Source of the DNA: an uncultured Clostridia bacterium
GTDB taxonomy: Bacteria; Bacillota; Clostridia; Christensenellales; Borkfalkiaceae
Length of the DNA: 64,000 nucleotides
Direction: 5' to 3'
Assembly: GCA_934249215.1 (NCBI GenBank)
Contig: CAKQKN010000106.1
Span: forward strand, 1,662-65,661
A program made the translations under genes and the position numbers. This document shows, in pieces, positions 9,342 to 17,426 of the stretch. Below the pieces are notes generated by a model. It did no database searches. It saw nothing but the letters and a program-made list of their open reading frames with translations, and was not told the origin of the DNA. Each line of letters opens with the position of its first letter. Position 1 is the first letter of the stretch.

Positions 9342-10229
9342 ATGGCGAATGCGGTAAGTTTCGAGCGGAATCGTTTAGCCGAAACGGAAGAGAACGCGAA
9401 ACGGATTCTGCGGCTCGAAAAGATCGTCGGGAAAGGGAATTTCAACAGATACGAGGCGGAAAGGGAGTGTCCGGACGAAGCGACGTTGCACCGACTGAAT
9501 TTTCTTATCGAAGCGAAGGACGATTGCCGACTGCGTTTTGCGGTCGGGGTGAAAACGGAATGCGAAAACTATCGGCTTGCGATAAAGATCGACGGGGCGA
9601 CGGCTTTCGACGGCGCGCTGTCGGGGAATGCGGAAGTGTCTTTTCTCGCCCCGCTCGGCAAAGGCGAAAGAACGATTTCGGCGGAACTTTCGGCTCAAGT
9701 CGCGTTCACCGCGAAGTCGTTCTCGATCTCGACCGAGGGGTGCGTGGACTATCCCGAAACGGAATATTTTCTGACGGTTTTAAACGAGGAAACGCAAAGC
9801 GTGATCGCGTTCGCTCGGGCGGGCGAATTACTCGTTAAACGATATATAGGCGGGGATTTGCAGACAAAAATCCGTATCGGAGAAATCAAATCGGGCGTCG
9901 TTTGCAAGCTTGCGGACTTTTATGCGGCGGTTTTCGTGAACGCGGACGGCGACCTTAAATGCAATCTTTACGATTCCGATTTCGCTTACGTGAAGGGTTG
10001 CACGCTCGACTCGTCGGTTGCGAGCGCTGCCGCTATTTCAGGCAACCCCGCGACCGTTATTGCGGTGAAAGGTAATTGCATTTATAAGTATAAGATAGAC
10101 GACGATCTTAATCTCGTAACCACGGCTACGTCGTGGAATGCATGGCGAGTTTTCTGCGATCCGTCAATTTCGAATTATTTTGTGGCAACCGATCATTCCG
10201 GCAACGGAAAAATTATCAGAAATATATAA
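9342..10229 (+). CDS. hypothetical phage structural protein
   Basis: 295-aa ORF in the operon with an N-terminal coiled segment. No recognisable motif. Confidence 0.55.
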   Translation: MANAVSFERNRLAETEENAKRILRLEKIVGKGNFNRYEAERECPDEATLHRLNFLIEAKDDCRLRFAVGVKTECENYRLAIKIDGATAFDGALSGNAEVSFLAPLGKGERTISAELSAQVAFTAKSFSISTEGCVDYPETEYFLTVLNEETQSVIAFARAGELLVKRYIGGDLQTKIRIGEIKSGVVCKLADFYAAVFVNADGDLKCNLYDSDFAYVKGCTLDSSVASAAAISGNPATVIAVKGNCIYKYKIDDDLNLVTTATSWNAWRVFCDPSISNYFVATDHSGNGKIIRNI

Positions 10230-10281
10230 TCTAAATCGAAATAATTAAAATCGTAGCCGACTTTTCTCAAACGGAGGCACT

Positions 10282-10500
10282 ATGATAAAGAGAAAAAACG
10301 GAAAAGCAGTGAGAATGACGTCGAGCGAAGGTAAAATTTCGCTCGTCGTCGTGCGGAAAGACGGAAACTTGGGAACGAGCGAGTATATGAACGGGGTTCT
10401 TACCGCGTCCGAACCGTTTTATGCGGCGGACGACGCGGTGAAACTCTTCGACGGAAAAATGCTCGTGAGAATAATGGACAGATTGTTCGTTATGGGGTGA
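10282..10500 (+). CDS. hypothetical small protein
   Basis: 72 aa with a GGAGG RBS 6 nt upstream. Confidence 0.5.
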   Translation: MIKRKNGKAVRMTSSEGKISLVVVRKDGNLGTSEYMNGVLTASEPFYAADDAVKLFDGKMLVRIMDRLFVMG

Positions 10501-10555
10501 GTTTTTGCGGCGGTTTGTCGGACGATTTTGTTCGACAGACCGTCAATAAAACGAC

Positions 10556-10590
10556 AAAAAGCCCGTTATAGGTCGATTATCGGCTGTTTC
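10556..10590 (+). repeat. dispersed REP-like element (copy B, variant TTATAGGTCGATTATC)
   Basis: aaaaaGCCCGTTATAGGTCGATTATCGGCTGTTT, 56 nt after the stop at 10500. Confidence 0.75.
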
Positions 10591-10646
10591 GGGGCAATTA
10601 AAGATAAAAATCAAGTCGGCGGCGCCGACAAATATCGGAGGGGAAA

Positions 10647-11549
10647 ATGAAATTTAAAATACCGATTACCGCGGAGCGTTTCGAGGCTTTGAGGCAAAGC
10701 GATGCGGCAAGCGAAGAAAAGAAAAAACTCGACGAGGAACTGAAAGAACTCGGAAAACTCGCGTCGAACGCGGTCAACGAAGCCGTGAGAAAGGAATACG
10801 GCGCGGAGTATATGAAAGGCGACGAGCGGACGGACGATGAACTCGAAAAGCAAGCGGAAGAAAACGCGCGTAAAAAGGTCGAAAACGAAAACCGCGAGCT
10901 GGAAAAAACGACGGCGGAAAAGATCGGCGATCTTTCGGGTAAGGCGGAAAACAAGAAAAACGCGCTTTCCGAATCCGAGCGTGAAATAAGCGCGCGTTAC
11001 GACGAGGCGAAAAAACAAGCTTCGAACGAAGCGCTTAAAAGGGGGCTCGGAAGAAGTTCGATAATTCTCAACCTTATCAAGGAATACGACGAGGGAAAAT
11101 TTAAGGATATCGGGGAACGAAAGTCTGTTGCGGCGAAAGAACTCGAGGAAATCGACGGCGAGATCGAACGGCTCGGCAAAGAACTCAAAAATTCGCTCGA
11201 AAAAACGGACATGAAAACGGCGTTTGAGTTAAACGAACTACTTACCGAACTCAAAAAGTCGCGCGACGAAGCGAACGAGAAAGCGCTCGTTTACAATAAT
11301 ACGCTCGCGGGAAAACTTGCCGATTTCAGAAGAAAGATCGAAAACAGCGGAGATCCCGAGATGATCGTCGAAAACGCACGCGCTCAAAGCGATGCGTATT
11401 ACGACGAAATGCTCAAAAAAATCGTCGCGTATTATTCGAAACTCGATTCCGATTCCGTCGCAAAAGACTTCGAAACGGGCGGATACGATTCGATTTTTTC
11501 GCCGGAAACCTATAAAAAACTCAAAACTTACGTTGCTTCGCGCAAGTAA
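10647..11549 (+). CDS. hypothetical coiled-coil protein
   Basis: 300 aa with a GGAGGGG RBS. Very Lys/Glu-rich heptad-like sequence. Last gene before a strong terminator. Confidence 0.6.
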   Translation: MKFKIPITAERFEALRQSDAASEEKKKLDEELKELGKLASNAVNEAVRKEYGAEYMKGDERTDDELEKQAEENARKKVENENRELEKTTAEKIGDLSGKAENKKNALSESEREISARYDEAKKQASNEALKRGLGRSSIILNLIKEYDEGKFKDIGERKSVAAKELEEIDGEIERLGKELKNSLEKTDMKTAFELNELLTELKKSRDEANEKALVYNNTLAGKLADFRRKIENSGDPEMIVENARAQSDAYYDEMLKKIVAYYSKLDSDSVAKDFETGGYDSIFSPETYKKLKTYVASRK

Positions 11550-11587
11550 GTTGCGTAAAGAAGTTGCTCGGGCTCGGGCAGAACCGT

Positions 11588-11615
11588 GAGGGGTGTTTTG
11601 CCCCTCTTTTTTTTT
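11588..11615 (+). terminator. rho-independent terminator
   Basis: GAGGGG-tgttttg-CCCCTC followed by T9. Confidence 0.8.
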
Positions 11616-11750
11616 GTAGTGCGGTTTCATTTACGTGGGGCTTTTTCATTTTATTTATACATGTGCAAGCGCGTGCGGTAACGAAAAGTAAAAAGAAGTG
11701 AAAGAAAAGCCGATCGGAAATCCGGTTTTTCAAAAAACGGCGTTTTTGCG

Positions 11751-11779
11751 CTTGACAAAAGCAATCCTTTGATATATTA
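11751..11779 (+). promoter_or_regulatory. sigma-70-like promoter
   Basis: TTGACA (11751-11756), a 17-nt spacer, TATTAT (11774-11779). A leader of ~200 nt follows before the ATG at 11989. Confidence 0.6.
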
Positions 11780-11988
11780 TTTCGGCGAAGGTTGATGGGA
11801 AAAGTGCGAGAAGTCCCGCAATCTTGCGCCCGTTTGCGCCGAAAAGACGCAGAAATGCACCGTGAAAGTGCGAAATTATCGTGTTTTTCGATGAAAAATT
11901 CGAAATAACGCGAAAGCGGATGATCGGAAGACGGACGATAATAAAAAAGAACAAAAAAAGCAAACTAAATACGTAAAGAGGAGTAGTT

Positions 11989-13815
11989 ATGAAGAAATCA
12001 GTTGTGAGCCGCCGAAAGGAGGGGTTTACGCTTGTGGAACTCGTGATCGTTATTGCGGTCATCGCGGTTCTGTCTGCCGTACTTATCCCCACGTTTGGCG
12101 GCATTATTAATAATGCGAAGGTTACGAGCCTCAAGGCAAGCCTTAATGCGGTCAACGAAAATCTGCTTATTCGTTCGCTGAACGACAACAGAAGCAGTTA
12201 TTCCGCGGACGAGATCAAGCAAGTGCTCGAAGATCTCGACTTCGACCGCTCGTCCACGCCCGAGGGTTATTCGCTGTGGTACGACAAGAGTGTCAACAAT
12301 ATCAGATTGTTCTCCAACGAATCGGCGTTCTCTTCGGCTTCGCCGTCGGCTGACGCGGACGCGGTGAAAACCGTTTATGCCGCCGATGCGGTGATTCAAA
12401 AGGGCGACAGACCGATCGAGGCGCTCAACCCTTATAACAGAAATCTTTATTATATCGACGATACGATCAAGGATATTACGAACGCGATCAACGAGATCAA
12501 GGGCGGAACGACTTCCGGTATCGTTTCCGATGCAGAGGACAGAGGCAGCTCGGCTGCGAACATTTCCGCGCTTATCAAAGAATCGTTCACGAACAAACTC
12601 GCGGCGATCGTTTCTTTGCTCAACGGCAAAAATAACTATCTGGCGCAAAACGATCTCGTCGCCGCGTTCGATATCGACAACACGTTGTTCATCGGCAACA
12701 AAGGAATGTATCTTCCGTCGTTCGACTCCTCGAGTTCGGACAGACCAACCGTAACTTGCACCAACTCGCTCGTTGACGGAAGCGTTTTCGAAATAACCAA
12801 TCAAGGGCTTTCTTCGGGCAAGTCCGCGGCTAACCTCACCGTCAACGTGACAATCGTTATCCCCGCGAAAGTAACGCTTATCGAGGGGAGCGCGTTTTCC
12901 AAACTCGGCGAGAACGGCGAAAGCAAAGTCAAACTCGAGATCGGCGTCGACGCCACGTTTAACGAATCCGGTATTTCCGGCGCTTCGATAACGGTTACGA
13001 GATCGACTTCCGTCGTCAACGAAAACCTTATCAAATACGGTAATGCGGATATCGTTTACGGAAGAGATTACACTTGCGAATACCCCGACGATTGTCAATA
13101 TATGTACGTTGACAAGGACGGAATGAAAACCGGCAGACTTACGAGCGGACAAACGCTTAACGACGTCGGTAACGGCGTTAAAGTTAAATACCTCGTTCCC
13201 GTTTTCAATATACTCGTGAGTGAAGACGGGTTCTTCAAGAGTTTTAACAATATTTCCAAGTTATACGTCAACAGCGTCAAGTCGGGTTCCGTTACCAAAT
13301 ATAACGCGATCATCCTTATGCGCGACGGCGACGTCGTGAAAGGGTGGAAGTTCTCCAACGTGGGTTATCCCACCGGATTGAATATGTATACTTATGAGAA
13401 CTATGACGTAATAAATCACCGCGGAAATAAAGAAGCGTTCCCGCAGACTTCGAAAGCAACGATCAAGGTTGCTCTTGCCAACTCCGTCACGGGGCTCGAT
13501 AACTATCTTACCGAAACGACGAACGGAAAGAGAACTTCTTCCCTCAACGTAAAGGTTACTTATAAACCGGTCGTAAATGTTTACAGACAGGATTCGCTTC
13601 TTGACGGAACGGTGTATTATTCTCTCAACAGTACGACGAATTATACGGGTGACGCGCTTGTCGGCGAAGCCGTATATGACGAAGCACTGTCCGCGTTTAA
13701 ACTCGAGATCGGTTCGAACGGTATGACGCTCGGCGATTACTGCACGTATAGCGCGGTCGTCGAAAAGGTCGAGGTTTATGCGGGAGAAAAACTCGTTCTC
13801 GTCCGTAACTATTGA
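11989..13815 (+). CDS. prepilin-type N-terminal cleavage/methylation domain protein (large pilin-like protein)
   Basis: 608 aa. The N-terminus RRKEGFTLVELVIVIAVIAVLSAVLIPTF is a class III signal (G|FTLVE). RBS is AGAGGAG. Confidence 0.8.
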   Translation: MKKSVVSRRKEGFTLVELVIVIAVIAVLSAVLIPTFGGIINNAKVTSLKASLNAVNENLLIRSLNDNRSSYSADEIKQVLEDLDFDRSSTPEGYSLWYDKSVNNIRLFSNESAFSSASPSADADAVKTVYAADAVIQKGDRPIEALNPYNRNLYYIDDTIKDITNAINEIKGGTTSGIVSDAEDRGSSAANISALIKESFTNKLAAIVSLLNGKNNYLAQNDLVAAFDIDNTLFIGNKGMYLPSFDSSSSDRPTVTCTNSLVDGSVFEITNQGLSSGKSAANLTVNVTIVIPAKVTLIEGSAFSKLGENGESKVKLEIGVDATFNESGISGASITVTRSTSVVNENLIKYGNADIVYGRDYTCEYPDDCQYMYVDKDGMKTGRLTSGQTLNDVGNGVKVKYLVPVFNILVSEDGFFKSFNNISKLYVNSVKSGSVTKYNAIILMRDGDVVKGWKFSNVGYPTGLNMYTYENYDVINHRGNKEAFPQTSKATIKVALANSVTGLDNYLTETTNGKRTSSLNVKVTYKPVVNVYRQDSLLDGTVYYSLNSTTNYTGDALVGEAVYDEALSAFKLEIGSNGMTLGDYCTYSAVVEKVEVYAGEKLVLVRNY

Positions 13816-13912
13816 TCGGGAATTATTAAATTTCGATAGAAAAGCCGCGGGGCGGCAAAATCCCCTTTGGCTTTGCTAAATATTTTCGAAAAATCAAAAA
13901 GGAGAAGCAACA

Positions 13913-15469
13913 ATGAAAAACAAATTCAGACTTACCGTTGCGATCTTGCTCGTAACGCTCGTCGCATCGCTTTTTTCGGGATGTTTTCTGTTTGAGGACA
14001 TACAGTCCATCTCTCTTATAGGACAGCCGAAAACTCAGTATAAGGTAGGCGAAGAACTCGATACCGACAGCTTCAAGATTAAGCTTCAGTATAAAACCTC
14101 CGCAAACGACAAAGAAGTCGGATATTACAACAATATCAACGTTCAGTTCGAGAATAACTTCTCGTCGGCTAAAGTCGGAACTTACAAATGCGTAATCAAC
14201 ATCAAGGGCAATTCCAACATCAGCCTTTCTTTTGACTACAGCGTTGTCGAAGGTTCCGTGTTCGAGGAAGGCGACGGTTCGCAGAGTAATCCTTACATTG
14301 TCACGACTGCCGCGCAGTTCGCGAAAATCGGTGCGGAAGCCGGTAAATATTACGAACTCGGTAACAATATCAGCCTCGAAGGAAAAACTTATTACAACAC
14401 GAATAAAAATGGCTTTGTCCTCGACGGAAAAGACTTCAACGTTGATATCGGTGGTGACTGTGCATATGCGTTTAGATGGGCTAAAGATGCTACGATTAAG
14501 AATCTTACGCTTAAAGTAAGACCTGGCGTTGCGTTTGAAACCGTTCTCGTGCTTGACCTTAGCGGTGAAGTAACGTTTGAGAATATTACGACCGAAGGTA
14601 CGATGGAAGCCGACATGAATACAGGTATGCTTGCTTGCCGTACTCTAGAAGCCACAAAAGTAACTGTTAAGAACTGTGTTAACAAAGTAAACTTCACCGG
14701 TACTTCGCCTTACTGCGGCGCGTTTATCGGACTTGCCGATTCGAGATTGAAAGAAATTACATTCGACGGATGTACGAATATGGGTAATTTCGAAGCGACG
14801 ACCGCTTGGATGTTGGTTGGAAACTGCGCAGGTGAAATTGGTTCGATTTACGTTAACAATTGTAAGAACGAAGGTAAGTTTACGAGTGCCGGTAACGGTT
14901 TGCTTAACTATGATGGTTCTTTGGCTACGAAAGCATATTTAACGATCGATGAATATAAAAATACTTACTCGAAGGCAAAGAATATCAAAACTCTCAATGT
15001 GACTACAAATCGTTCGGATTTCGTTATCATTCCGCAACTTATTTCCAAAATGGTTGGCGATAAAGTAAAAGACGCGACGCTTGTTAAGGATAACGGTACT
15101 GTTAAGTTTGCTTCGACCGTAACGGCTAAACTTGATGAAGAATTCGGGGCAGGCAACTACAGTGTAGTCGCGTATGTCCGTGATTGGGTTATTTACGATA
15201 CTGGAACGATGCATATGTACTCCGATAAATTCGGCATGGATTTTGCTGCTCCTTATTCCGAAGTTACGGCAGGAACCGAAGATGCGGAAAAACCGGCTGG
15301 CGCAATAAAGATTGTTGACGGTAAACTTGTCTTGGCTAAAACTGTTAAGGGAATAACTGCTACGCATCAGGGAACACAATATCAATATTATTGCTATTTC
15401 GTCTACAATGCTCAAGGCGAAATGAAGTATTGCGGACAGATAGCTTATAAGGATATTCAGAACGCGTAA
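13913..15469 (+). CDS. surface lipoprotein with an Ig-like domain and beta-helix-like repeats
   Basis: 518 aa. Signal peptide plus lipobox LFSG|C. The YKVGEELDTDSFKIKLQY segment is Big-like. NPYIVTTAAQFAKI followed by repetitive N/G/T-rich turns suggests a parallel beta-helix. Confidence 0.7.
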   Translation: MKNKFRLTVAILLVTLVASLFSGCFLFEDIQSISLIGQPKTQYKVGEELDTDSFKIKLQYKTSANDKEVGYYNNINVQFENNFSSAKVGTYKCVINIKGNSNISLSFDYSVVEGSVFEEGDGSQSNPYIVTTAAQFAKIGAEAGKYYELGNNISLEGKTYYNTNKNGFVLDGKDFNVDIGGDCAYAFRWAKDATIKNLTLKVRPGVAFETVLVLDLSGEVTFENITTEGTMEADMNTGMLACRTLEATKVTVKNCVNKVNFTGTSPYCGAFIGLADSRLKEITFDGCTNMGNFEATTAWMLVGNCAGEIGSIYVNNCKNEGKFTSAGNGLLNYDGSLATKAYLTIDEYKNTYSKAKNIKTLNVTTNRSDFVIIPQLISKMVGDKVKDATLVKDNGTVKFASTVTAKLDEEFGAGNYSVVAYVRDWVIYDTGTMHMYSDKFGMDFAAPYSEVTAGTEDAEKPAGAIKIVDGKLVLAKTVKGITATHQGTQYQYYCYFVYNAQGEMKYCGQIAYKDIQNA

Positions 15470-15525
15470 TCAAAAGATATTTTACGGTGGGGCTTGCGCC
15501 TTGCCGAATAAAACGACCTTTAAGC

Positions 15526-15558
15526 AAGGCGGAACGAATTTCGTTCCGCCTTGTTTTT
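15526..15558 (+). terminator. rho-independent terminator
   Basis: AAGGCGGAACGAA/TTCGTTCCGCCTT palindrome followed by GTTTTT. Confidence 0.8.
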
Positions 15559-15582
15559 GGCTCTATGTCAAATGTTGGGGTG

Positions 15583-15636
15583 TGCCCATAGATCCCTCGT
15601 CGGTCGGGGAGGTGGCTCGTCTCGGGACGACGAGCG
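15583..15636 (+). repeat. 55-nt dispersed element, diverged copy
   Basis: GCCCATAGATCCCTCGtcggtcggggaggtGGCTCGtctCGGGAcGACGaGcgg, flanked by GGGGTGTG on both sides (15575-15582 and 15652-15659). Confidence 0.6.
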
Positions 15637-15671
15637 GTGTTTGTATGGGGTGTGTGTCTAAAATTGTAGAA

Positions 15672-15710
15672 CAAAAAAAAGCACTTTCGAAAGCCGAAAG
15701 TGCTTTTTTT
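15672..15710. terminator. bidirectional rho-independent terminator
   Basis: A9, GCACTTTCG-aaagc-CGAAAGTGC, then T7. It lies directly 3' of the - strand tRNA. Confidence 0.8.
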
Positions 15711-15712
15711 GT

Positions 15713-15797
15713 TGGTGTCGAGAATGAGACTTGAACTCACACGGTATATACCATACGCCCCTCAAACGTACGCGTCTGCCAATTCCGCCATCCCGAC
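15713..15797 (-). tRNA. tRNA-Leu (anticodon GAG), CCA encoded
   Basis: The reverse complement folds by hand into a cloverleaf. Acceptor GTCGGGA/TCTCGAC, anticodon stem TACGT/GCGTA with loop TTGAGGG, a long variable arm, T-loop TTCAAGT and 3' ACCA. Length 85 nt. Confidence 0.9.
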
Positions 15798-15832
15798 GAG
15801 TGCAAAAGCGAATACATTCACAATGCTTACCT

Positions 15833-15861
15833 ATGATACATTTTTTCTTTGCGATTGTCAA
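15833..15861 (-). promoter_or_regulatory. sigma-70-like promoter of tRNA-Leu
   Basis: On the - strand: TTGACA, a 17-nt spacer, TATCAT. It sits ~35 nt upstream of the tRNA 5' end. Confidence 0.6.
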
Positions 15862-15980
15862 GAAAAAACAAGCGCATTGTTGATATTTTTCTAAAAATTT
15901 GAGCATATCATTGATATTTTTTTTGAAATATGTTATCATACGCAGAGAACGGCGGTTAAAATACCGCAGGAGGCTTTTAT

Positions 15981-16505
15981 ATGAACTGTATAATGGAAAA
16001 TATAGTAACGAGAAGAAGCATTCGCTCGTTCGTAAACGGCAAAAGAATTCCCGAGGACGTCTTACGCGACGTGGTGACCGCGGGAATGTTTGCGCCCACC
16101 GCACTCAATCGTCAGCCGATTTTGTTTACCGTCGTCGCTGACAAAGCGCTTATCGGAAAACTCGCCAAAGCGGTCGGAAAAGCCGCCGGAAAAGGCGAAA
16201 ACTACGATTTTTATAACCCCGAGGCGATAATTCTTACTTCTTGCGACAAGGCGAGCAGATTTATCAAAGAGGATACATCGTGCGCCCTTGAAAATATGTT
16301 TTTATACGCTCATTCTGTCGGCGTCGGCTCGGTCTGGATAAATCAGCCCGCAACCGTCTGCGACGACGAAAAAGTCAGAGCGGTGCTTGCCGAACTCGGA
16401 ATCCCCGAAAACCATGCGCTCGGCGGAATGGCGGCGCTCGGCTATCCCGAATCGGTTCCCGAAAACGATCTCACACGCAAAAGCAAAGCCAATTATATAT
16501 TATAA
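15981..16505 (+). CDS. nitroreductase family protein
   Basis: 174 aa with a GGAGG RBS. The N-terminal RRSIRSF motif and the size are typical of NfsB/NADH-oxidase-type nitroreductases. Confidence 0.75.
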   Translation: MNCIMENIVTRRSIRSFVNGKRIPEDVLRDVVTAGMFAPTALNRQPILFTVVADKALIGKLAKAVGKAAGKGENYDFYNPEAIILTSCDKASRFIKEDTSCALENMFLYAHSVGVGSVWINQPATVCDDEKVRAVLAELGIPENHALGGMAALGYPESVPENDLTRKSKANYIL

Positions 16506-16633
16506 GGTTATAAAGCGGAATCGTTCGCGGTCGACTCGACGGTTTGGTTGATCGGCGGTAGTTTTCGCACCGTCGGAGATTGTCGTCGTTTGACTTTAAT
16601 CGTAAATAAACGGCGTAATTTTACGCATGATAA

Positions 16634-16987
16634 TTGCGTATGCTAAACGAAAATGCCGAAAAACTGTTGACGATCGTCCTGAAAGAATGCGGCTCGGACT
16701 ATAAAATTCTGACGGAGGAAGATTTTTCTTCCGTGTCGGAATATGCCGAGGTGCTCGACGTTCTCGACGGAGCGGGGTATATCAACGTAAAATATTCGGG
16801 AAACGGTGACTATCTCGTCGCTCCGACGTACAAAGCCCGCGCTTATTTTTCCGAAAAGGAAAAGGATTTCTATCTGCGCGCGGTACTCTGCCGCAAGGTC
16901 GGGTTATACGCTTTCGTCGGCGCGTTGACGGGCGGGCTTGCGGCGATTCTCGTCGCGCTCGCGTTGAGAGGTCTTTGTGCTTTCTAA
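16634..16987 (+). CDS. hypothetical tail-anchored membrane protein
   Basis: 117 aa. A soluble N-domain of ~85 aa and a C-terminal TM (LYAFVGALTGGLAAILVALAL). Confidence 0.55.
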   Translation: MRMLNENAEKLLTIVLKECGSDYKILTEEDFSSVSEYAEVLDVLDGAGYINVKYSGNGDYLVAPTYKARAYFSEKEKDFYLRAVLCRKVGLYAFVGALTGGLAAILVALALRGLCAF

Positions 16988-17315
16988 AAAGGAATTCGAG
17001 ATATTGTCCGCGGCATACCGCTCGGGAACGGGCGGGAAGTACCTCGTTTCGACCGAAAAACTCAAAACGGCTTTCGGGCTCGGCGACGAAAGAAAACTCC
17101 TCGGTTCTCTTGCCGAAAAGGGGCTTGCCGACGTCATTTACACCGATCGTCACGGCGAGCCGTACGTCTATATAAAGATTACGAACGCCGGAGCCGAAAA
17201 GGTCACGTCGAAAAAACGCAAGCGGCGCGAGGTCGGAATCAAGGTCGTGTTTGCATGCGTGAGCGCGCTCGTAACCTATATCGTCGGGAAATTGTTATAT
17301 TTGATTTTTAAATGA
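16977..17315 (+). CDS. hypothetical tail-anchored membrane protein (same architecture as the upstream gene)
   Basis: 112 aa with a GTG start overlapping the previous stop. N-domain, basic KKRKRRE linker, C-terminal TM. Confidence 0.5.
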   Translation: MLSKKEFEILSAAYRSGTGGKYLVSTEKLKTAFGLGDERKLLGSLAEKGLADVIYTDRHGEPYVYIKITNAGAEKVTSKKRKRREVGIKVVFACVSALVTYIVGKLLYLIFK

Positions 17316-17350
17316 TTTCCCGTTGCGGCGCGGTAAACGAAACGAAAACG

Positions 17351-17380
17351 AAAAAGCGGTCTATGAGTCGATTATCGCGC
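17351..17380 (+). repeat. dispersed REP-like element (copy C, CTATGAGTCGATTATC)
   Basis: aaaaaGCGGTCTATGAGTCGATTATCGCGC, 36 nt after the stop at 17315. Confidence 0.75.
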
Positions 17381-17426
17381 AAAAATAATTAGTGATGACG
17401 AAAGGAATCCCTATAAAAGGTAAAAA

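Noticed and set aside
11780-11988. A c-di-GMP riboswitch upstream of the pilin-like gene, as is known for some clostridial pilins.
   Set aside because: Only vague resemblances (GATGGG, GACGCAGAAATGCACCG) to the GEMM-I and GEMM-II consensus as I remember them. The conserved GGGCAAACC / GGACGCAAAGCC or ..GCAACCGACC.. elements are absent. A covariance-model scan is needed, so this is not claimed.
15713-15797. tRNA-Leu as the attachment site of the phage-like block.
   Set aside because: The block does lie on the 3' side of the tRNA. However, no integrase is adjacent, no direct repeat of the tRNA 3' end is visible in the window, and two independent transcription units plus three terminators separate the tRNA from the phage operon. 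The other end of the element lies outside the window.
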